Origin: Octopus vulgaris
Lineage: Eukaryota
DNA: 64,000 bases
NCBI GenBank assembly: GCA_951406725.2
Contig: OX597838.1
Span: forward strand, 16,678,001-16,742,000
Reading direction: 5' to 3'
Part shown: positions 55,501 to 64,000 of the stretch, piece by piece
How the letters are laid out: each line of letters opens with the position of its first letter
Position numbering within the stretch: position 1 is the stretch's first letter
Made by a program: the position numbers and the translations under genes
The notes under the pieces: generated by a model
What the model saw: only the letters and a program-made list of their open reading frames with translations
What the model was told of the DNA's origin: nothing
Databases searched by the model: none

Positions 55501-57279
55501 CCCTTTATAGGGCGTCCAAGACCATTCAGAGCAAAGGAGGACATTATTCTCAAGCAAAAGACCTGGCCCGAATGCTTACAACAGCTTCAACTCCACTAAA
55601 CACATCCTAGGTTTCAGATGGCAGGGACAGACCAGGTGACTACTTAGGAGAGTGGTTAAGTGGATGACCAAAGAGACATATCTATTTTTACATCTTGGCA
55701 GTGCAGCTCTCCAGCTCTGGTCAAACCATCCAACCCATACCAGCATGGACAACGGACGTTAAATAATGATGATGACGATGATGATATCTATCTATCTATC
55801 TATCTATATATATTTTTTTTCTTTTATTTGTTTAATCGAGCAAACTTGACCCCGGGACTTATTCTTTGTAAGCCCAGTACTTATTCTATCGGTCTCTTCT
55901 CTTTTGCCGAACCACTGAGTGACAGGGACATAAGCACACCAGCATCGATTGTCAAGCAATGCTAGGGGGACAAACAGACACACAAACATACACGCACACA
56001 CACATATATATGACGGGCTTCTTTCAGTTTCCGTCTACCAAATCCACTCACAAGGCTTTGGTCTGCCCGAGGCTTATAGTAGAAGACACTTGCCCAAGGT
56101 GCCACGCAGTGGGACTGAACCCGGAACCATGAGGTTGGTAAGCAAGCTACTTACCACACAGCCACTCCTGTACAGCAATTTCCAGCTACCAAAATCCAGT
56201 CACAAGGCTTCTGTCAGTCTGAGGTTATAAGAAATGACACTCACCTAAGGTGTCACATGGCAGGACTGAACCCCAAACCACATGATTGTGAAGCAAACTT
56301 CTTAACCTATGCCCATGCCTATATACATACATACAGACGCATACATATATACATACATGTGTGCGCGCGCATGTATGTGTGCGTGCGTGAAATATAAATA
56401 CTGCTATTACTACTGCTTCAAACAATAGTGTTTGATAATTTCTTTTTAGCAAAATGTCTGAAATTTGGAGGAAGGAGGTTAATAAAGCCAGTCGTAATAT
56501 ATTAAGGAACACGGCTATACATTTTTGAGAGCGGGGTGTGTACCTGGCTGATTTAGTCGATCTCAGTTAATGACTGGTACTTACTTTATTGACCCGGGAG
56601 GACTAAGAGGCGAAAATTACGCTGAGCGGATTTGAACTCAGAACGTAAAGGGACATAACTAAATACTCAATACACTTAATCCGGTACTCTAATCGCTTCT
56701 GCTTTGCTCCAAATAACAATGTCACCCTCACCAACCACCACCACAACTATTAACTAACTAGCGAATATTAAGTTAGGATACATACGACTGCTGCTGATAA
56801 TGTAATTTCGTCTATTTTTACTACTACTACAACAACTACTAGTTCCACTACTTCTAATGGTAGTAGTAGTATTGTTAAGTGATATTTGTACTACTAGTGA
56901 CAGTGGTTAATGTTACTACTAGTACTACTTATATCTGTAATAGCATAATTAATTATATGGCTGCTATTACTGTTACTAGAAGCAATAAATGTTAACTATT
57001 ACTGCTACTGGCAGGGAATAATACATATAGGTCACACTTACTACTACTTCTAATAATAATAATAATAATGATTTCTTACATCATAAATTCAGTTACAGCC
57101 ATGGGTGGGGGGAATATAACATCGGAGAAAAAAGGGTTTAGTAAGCGACCCTGAAATTCATAAAACAGTAATAGGGTTGTTATCCTCAAATACAGATTAT
57201 AAGTATGAACATATGCGTATATATAGCAAAACAGCTAAAAAAATAAAGACATTTATAAAATATTTGTAACAAATTTATC

Positions 57280-57843
57280 GGATAAAGGCGTCAGGGCGGT
57301 TTAGTGTTAATCAGTAAAATCGTTTAAGTGAAAGCTTTGAAATAAGAATTTGGTCGGAAATGAGCTGGGTTTTTTTTTTTAATTAAACACAGATTTCGTT
57401 GTACGTTTGGTATTTGTATTTTCTTTAATAATTTGTGTGCCTGATTCGCGTGGTAACGGCGTGAAATTAAATATAAAAGCCAGTTGGGTGTTGGGTTTTT
57501 GACGAAAGTGCTTGTGGCAGCCATGACTATTTTATTATCTCCCTTGAAATCTCGTTTCTTCACCTTGCATGACAAATACCCAGAATGCTGCGAGAGAAGC
57601 ATGCGCAATTCAATCGTGCCGCTGTGCCAGTCGCAGCAGGACGTTTGGATGGCTGCATCGGTCGAGACGAACGAGAATAATTGGGGAAAGAAGAAATTGG
57701 AAAGAAAAGTTCTTGAAAAATTATCGAAAAAAACCAATTCGAAAATAGTTGAACCCGAGATAATCCGACTGAGAACTGCGCGAAAACCCACTTCTTGTTA
57801 ACAACAACAACAACAGCAGCAGCAGTATAACACATACGTATGT
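57280..57843 (+). promoter_or_regulatory. CpG-richer unique segment, candidate promoter/non-coding first exon upstream of MEPCE
   Basis: Non-repetitive and CpG-retaining compared with flanks; TATAAAAG at ~57472; GTATGT donor-like site at 57838; 2.5-3 kb upstream of the MEPCE ATG. Inference only. Confidence 0.4.
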
Positions 57844-58528
57844 GTGTGCCTCTCTCTTATCTCTTTACCTTTTCTTTATCTCTTAATTCACTTCTACTCT
57901 GCCTCCTCCTCTTCTTTCATTTTCCTCTTTACTACACCTCTTCTCTTGCATTCTCTCTCTTCGACATTTCCCTTTCTCCCCGTCACTCTCTCTCTTCGCC
58001 TATCTGACTTCCACACTCTCTCGTATACCTCCGTTATACGCCTTCTTTCGTCTTTCTTTCTCTTTCTGTCTTTTCCTTGATTATTTATTCCTTAACGTCA
58101 ACAATTTTTCTCTACCTTTTTTCCTTTTGTAACATGTTCTCTCTATCGAAAACAGATAATTGTCTACACTAACACGTTACTTTAAAAAAAAACCCTACAT
58201 TTATTTTCTTACATACACATTGCAATAGACACACATGCAATTATCTAATACACACATTAACATGTATAAACAAGATTTCGGTAATGTATGTATATATTTA
58301 CATACATGTGCATGATATCTGAGCCTCTCTAATTTGCATCTTTCTCTCTCTCCCTCTACATCTATGTGTCTTATATATATTGTATTTGTTCAGTGATATA
58401 ATCTCATTAACATCTAACTTCGCACCTTAGGATACATGCACCAACAAAAACACTTCAAACAAAGTTACACAGGGAACTGCTATTTTCTTTTAAACAACAT
58501 AGTTTTTGTTTTGAAATCTATTGTATCC

Positions 58529-59045
58529 TGCGTGCACATGCTCGTTGTCTAACGTATACTCACACACACACACACACACACACGCATACAAACATACACA
58601 CATATATGTACACACGCGTGCACATGCTCGTTGTCTAACGTATACTCACACACACATACATACGCGTGCACATGCTCGTTGTCTAACGTATACTCACACA
58701 CACACACACGCATACAAACATACACACATATATGTACACACGCGTGCACATGCTCGTTGTCTAACGTATACTCACACACACACATACACACATACAAACA
58801 TACACACGCGTGCACATGCTCGTTGTCTAACGTATACTCACACAAACACACACATATATACACACACGCGTGCACATGCTCGTTGTCTAACGTATACTCA
58901 CACACACGCATACAAACATACACACACATATATATATATATATACACACGCGTGCACATGCTCGTTGTCTAACGTATACTCACACAAACACACGCATACA
59001 AACATACACACATATAATATACACACATGCAAAACATATACGCGT
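58529..59045 (+). repeat. Minisatellite: 7 copies of GCGTGCACATGCTCGTTGTCTAACGTATACTCACAC with variable (CA/TA) spacers
   Basis: Cores near 58530, 58616, 58664, 58742, 58808, 58868, 58950. Confidence 0.92.
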
Positions 59046-60357
59046 GTACCTACAAAACCACCGCGTATACTGTAGTATAATCTGTATTACTATACAGCAT
59101 AGTGTTCCGTGCGTGTGCACGTACATTCACATCAATGTAATTTTGCCTGTTTCCTTTTTCTACTCTCTTTCTTCATCCTCCTCTTTTCATCCACACCGTT
59201 TTATTGTTGTCATTACCGCCATCACAACAACGACATCCATCCAAGCCAGTCCAATCCCCCTTACATGTGCGTTGTTTTTTTTTTTTCATTTTATGTTCCC
59301 CTCCTTTTCGACTGACTGTTCTTGTGTCAGTCTAGAAAAATTACTTTTAAAAAATTTCCTCTGATGTAACAAACACAACACGTTTATAAGCAGCGTTATT
59401 TACTTTATCCACTTAATTTTTGTATTTTTATTATATTGTTCATTTACTTATCAATTTTTCTTGTCATTTGTTATTTTAATTAAACCATGTTTATTTCTTT
59501 AAATGTATTGAGAAAATAGTTACCAGCTTTTAAACAACTTTTAAAAGATTCTAAACAACCACTTTTATAGATAACACTTGCATTTGTATATATATCTATA
59601 TATCTATATATTTATACATATATATATACACATATATATAAATATAAATTAGCTTTGGTAACTTCCTCGAAGAGGATGACGACCAAGTCCTGTAAACTGC
59701 TGTATACTCGTAGTTATAGTCGTCACACTAGTTTTCCTTTGCGTACCAATCATTGCCGAATCGACAGAAATATTTTGGTTTCGCCAAGAGATTCTGCAAG
59801 CAGTTCCTCGAGTGCTCGTCTTGTATCCAGCGTGCACCGGAGGAGATCGGCCCCACACACTTGTGCAAGTGGTGGTGGTGGTGGTTTACGTTGCAATAAT
59901 AATAATAATAATAACATTGGTAGTTGTCTTCAAAGAATTAATTACCCTCCTACTATTGTGGTTCCACATCTTACACCCTCACAAGTTCCTGTATCAACAA
60001 TATTTCACTTAAATCGGTGATATCGCTAGTCAAATGTTTACTTCATAGCAGCAACTATATTTCTTCATTAAAGACTTTGATACTTTTTTTAAATTTCGTA
60101 ATTTTTTTAGTTTTAAACATGTTGGATTTATATAAACATTTTTTTAAAACTTTCTCTATTTAAAATAGATTTCCCAAAGAAGCGCACGACACATCTAAAT
60201 ACACTTAATACACACAATTTTGACATTTATAAACAATATTTCAAACTTTTATTAATTGTTCTTGGATGTGTGTGTGAGTGTGTGCATTCATCAAAAAAAC
60301 GTAAAAGACTCGAATTAAAAGTTCTTAAAATTTTGAAGATCTCCTCAAAATAACATC

Positions 60358-61824
60358 ATGAGTGCTGTTGACTTGAAAACGGCTGTGAAACCACATTTTG
60401 ATTTGAAAGATTTCAAATGCCGACCTGCAGAAGCATCAGTCTTGGCGAGCACAAAGGTGAAATCACATGCGGGAAATGTGAGGCCAATGGGCGATTTAGA
60501 AAACAGTCGAGATTGTCAGAATTTTGACATGGAGAATGAACCGGCGAAACACGGGAAAGGAGATGGCGTCAAGTTCTCCTATCCCATTCATCGGAAACGG
60601 TCCCGTTTCATGAACAGGTCTGGAGCAGCTGATAACTATCATAATAAGAAGCGGAGGAAAGGTGAGAAGATAATACTGCCAACTAAATTTCTCTTAGGTG
60701 GGAACATTAACGATCCCCTAAATCTGAACAGTTTGTGCGATGAGGAAGTCAACAGAGCTTTAAATGAGCGGACGCCTCAGTCGTCTCCTATCCCGACACC
60801 TGCTCATCGGCGTGATGTTGCAGTTGTCATGCCCAGAAACCAGTTTGATCCACTCAACCTGAACGAACCTGATATGGAAAACGAGCCATTAACGCCAGCG
60901 AAAATGAATGCCAAAAGGAAAAAGAGACACAAAGGTCGCAAAAAAAGTGAAAGCAATACAACTGGCGACTCGGTGACAACCCCAACCACACCAATATGTC
61001 TTTCCAAGGAGTCTGAGAAGAAGAAGATACTTGCTGAAGCTCTGAAGATTGAAATAGATGATGAAAGTGTACCCGTACCAACCAGCACTGTTGTTACCCC
61101 CAGGCATAATAGATCTGCTGTTGCCCCATTGACATTATCTGTCTCCACACCTGTGTTGTCCTCATTGTCATCTGGTACCGGATCAACATCAAATACTGAG
61201 ACAAATGAAAATCACAAGGTGAAATCTGAAGATAAAATTGTCTCGCCAGTCATACCTCAGCTTTCACCTAAAAACCGGAAAAGGCGTTTAGCTAGTTTCT
61301 CAGAAAGCCGGACAGTAGACTCCAATTTGCCAGCTTCCAAAAACCTTAGTCGAGCTGAAAGCTGTCCCAATGATATTCCAAAGCCTACCATCACCCGTAA
61401 AAATCGAAGACGTCAGAGCCATCGAGGGGGTAAGGGAGGGAACAGCGCCAACTCGAAATCCTCTCGATTCATCTACGGTAATTATAATCGCTACTACGGT
61501 TATCGCAACACCGATGACATTGACCATCGTACCAACTGCTTCAAAAGCGAATGGTTTGAAGGCAAGAAAATATTGGATATCGGCTGTAATGTTGGGCATC
61601 TGACTTTATTTGTGGCCCGTGAGTTCAAACCCCAGATGATTGTAGGACTTGATATTGACAGTAAACTGATCTCTGCTGCTCGGAACAACATACGGCATTA
61701 CATGAGTAAAAACGACCAAAACAAGTTCCCGGCATCTTGTAAGCTGAGTTACGGTCCTTTAGCTGCACCCTTCCAAGAAGAATCACAGCAAAGAAACTTT
61801 CCGCAAAATGTCAGTTTTAGACAG
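60358..61824 (+). CDS. MEPCE: 7SK snRNA methylphosphate capping enzyme (MEPCE/Bin3/BCDIN3), first large coding exon (489 codons); remaining exons lie beyond the window
   Basis: ORF has the MEPCE motifs PTKFLLGGNINDPLNLNSL, a second DPLNL, FIYGNYNRYYGYRN, SAM motif I ILDIGCNVGHLTL, GLDIDSKLISAARNNIRHY, FPASCKLSYGPLAAP and FPQNVSF. A consensus donor CAG|GTAAGT follows at 61825 (phase 0). The C-terminal Bin3 part (NYV..., KWxHLNWGD) was not seen in the window. Confidence 0.96.
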
Positions 61825-61920
61825 GTAAGTTCACCATTTTTCTTAAACTTCACTTTTTGTGTGCAAAACAAAGAAGATGTTCTTATTTGTTGTTATAAAC
61901 AAGTGACAGAAACTCTAGAC

Positions 61921-62306
61921 CAGTGATTCTCAACCATCTGGCCATTGGGGTTCCATACAAGGTTTAGTTGTTAAAATTTATGTGCAATAAATTGATTATA
62001 CTTCTACAATACACAAAGTATTTAAATTTGTTTATGTAATTCCTTTAGTTAGTTAGTTAATTTTTGGCTCAAAAAGCAAGGCCATGTAGGCGGACATGGG
62101 GTTATGTACAGGGTGGTGTTCATGTAAAGAGTTCAGGCCACTTGCGGTCAAGGGAGACTTTGAACCGAGCGGTCCCTAATGGTATTTGACTATTAAAATA
62201 CAGTAAGAATTTTTTTTTTTTATAATATATACATTAAGTGGCTGTGGAGGTCGGGTAAAGAAGGAATCAAAGGTGTTCACAGGCAAAGAATGGTTGTTAA
62301 CCATTG
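61921..62306. mobile_element. hAT/Charlie-like MITE
   Basis: Imperfect TIRs CAGTGATTCTCAACC / GGTTGTTAACCATTG; decayed 8-bp flanks CTCTAGAC / CTCAAAGT. Confidence 0.6.
62047..62174 (-). mobile_element. Short CR1 3' end inserted in a hAT-type MITE in the MEPCE intron
   Basis: TTAGTTAGTTAATTTTTGGCTC...AAGGCCATGTAG...GTAAAGAGTTCAGGCCACTTG as at 11512 and 30374. Confidence 0.85.
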
Positions 62307-62351
62307 CTCAAAGTCTTCAGGCAAAAATATTTTGCAGTATTTAATTATGTC

Positions 62352-62728
62352 TTTACTCTTTTACTTATTTCAGTCATTTGATTGTGGCCATGCTGGAGCA
62401 CCACCTTTAGTCAAGCAAATCGACCCTGGGACTTATTCTTTGGAAGACTAGTACTTATTCCATTGGTGTCTTTTGCCGAACTACTAAGTTACGGGGACAT
62501 AAACACACCAGCATCAGTTGTCAAGCGATGTTGGGGGGACAAACACAGACACACGTACATATATATGACGGGCTTCTTTCACTTTCCGTCTACCAAATCC
62601 ACTCACAAAGCTTTGGTCAGCCCGAGGCTACAGTAGAAGACACTTGCCCAAGGTGCCACGCAGTGGGACTGAACCCGGAAACTTGTGGTTCGTAAACACC
62701 CTACTTACCACACAGCCACTCCTGCGCC
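62352..62728 (-). mobile_element. SINE family A in the MEPCE intron
   Basis: Reverse complement of family A consensus. Confidence 0.9.
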
Positions 62729-63335
62729 TTAAAATTTTCTTAAAATTCTCACGGTTGACGTTTTATTACTTCCAGCTTGACCAAAATATGTACTTGCTGT
62801 TGTTTAGCCCTAAGTCAGCTCTGACTGAATAAACCAATGATCAAATGCACTCCAGCCATGACCTTAGGATCACTATATCCAATATATCTTTCCTTTTTTT
62901 AAGTGTGACTTGAGGGAGATTTGGTTACTACTGCTTACATGTTAGCTTGCAACAACTACCAGTGATATACTTCTGATTGCATCAATTATGCTCCTCCAAA
63001 ATTTGAGTCATGTGATTAAGAAATCCTAATTATTGAACTGGTAAATTGCAGGATTAAATATATCCCTGTGTAACACAATTTTTGTCCTTGGTTAGCAACT
63101 GTTATTTCTTTCCCCTAGAAAGTATGGAAAATGGCTAATATTTCTTTCAAACTTTGCTTTTCTTACATTTATTCAAAGAATCCTTCTCAGCACGAGGCTA
63201 ATATGTTCCACCACTACTTCTCATCAGAGATGCACATAATGTCAGCCACTAAGGGACAGGCTCTAGTGGTTATGGTCAAGCAACTGACAAGCAAATCTAT
63301 GCTATTGAGCAGAATATTTGCCATAACTATATTTC

Positions 63336-63552
63336 TATTTCTTTACTACCCACAAGGGGCTAAACACAGAGAGGACAGACAATGGATTAAGCCGATTATA
63401 TCGACCCCAGTGCGTAACTGGTACTTATTTAATCGACCCCGAAAGGATGAAAGGCAAAGTCGACCTCAGCGGAATTTGAACTCAGAACGCAGTGGCGGAT
63501 GAAATACCACAAAGCATTTCGCCTGGCGTGCTAACGTTTCTGCCAGCTCGCA
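63336..63552 (-). mobile_element. SINE family B with 16-bp TSD in the MEPCE intron
   Basis: TSD GCCATAACTATATTTC at 63320-63335 and 63553-63568. Confidence 0.92.
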
Positions 63553-64000
63553 GCCATAACTATATTTCACTTCATCATCTCTGCTGAATCTCTCTGAAAT
63601 GTAATGGAAAATAGGTCAGTTTCAAAACATTAAAATCCAGGTCACAAAAGCAAAGTTTGAAGGGAATAGTAGTCATTTCCTTTGAGTTCTAGATGGAAAC
63701 AAATAGGAATAACACTAACTGACCAAAGACAAAAAAAGAAAACAAAGTTTTGTTACACAGTGTAATTAGTTCTTTTTGCATTCAGAGTTCAAGTGCAACC
63801 TTTGTCTACTAAACCTTTCATTCCTCCCAGGTCAATAAAATATCTGCTTGTCAGGCATTAGGGTTGATTATATCGACTGCGTCCCTCCCTTCAGAATATG
63901 TGGCTTTAACCTCTGTTTTTCTCTAAGCTCTGACTAACGAGCTCTGTCAATGATTCTCTAACGAGCACCAATGAAAACTTATTTCTTATGTAGAGCAAGT

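Noticed and set aside
58529-59045. CRISPR-like repeat-spacer pattern
   Set aside because: Spacers are related CA/TA microsatellites; eukaryotic context with no cas genes.
57280-60357. 7SK RNA gene or HEXIM-like ORF next to MEPCE
   Set aside because: No paired GATC 5' stem with Pol III terminator recognised; no PYNT motif in the upstream ORFs.
61825-61926. Last 33 codons of the 522-aa ORF as part of MEPCE
   Set aside because: Similarity ends at a consensus CAG|GTAAGT donor; the rest is intron read-through.
62330-62352. TTTTGCAG as acceptor of the next MEPCE exon
   Set aside because: Phase-0 translation does not give Bin3 sequence and runs into a SINE tail.

Overview
Repeat-dense animal genomic DNA, most consistent with an octopus/coleoid cephalopod (inferred from the SINE families and extreme microsatellite load; no database check). 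The only confident protein-coding feature is the large first coding exon of MEPCE/Bin3 (7SK snRNA methylphosphate capping enzyme, + strand, 60358-61824, ending at a CAG|GTAAGT donor). The rest is microsatellites, several tRNA-headed SINE families, decayed LINE fragments (RTE, CR1, Tx1-like, R4/Dong), Tc1/mariner relics, and TTAA- and hAT-type MITEs. Most notable: (1) about ten hammerhead-ribozyme-like motifs in several short element families, some with complete cores and compensatory stem changes; (2) two diverged copies of a ~200-nt hammerhead-plus-hairpins structured element; (3) a 3.7-kb, very homogeneous 76-bp satellite built from a SINE 3' end inside one arm of an inverted repeat; (4) a candidate recursive (AG|GT) splice site. 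Repeat boundaries were read by eye and are approximate unless exact motifs are given.
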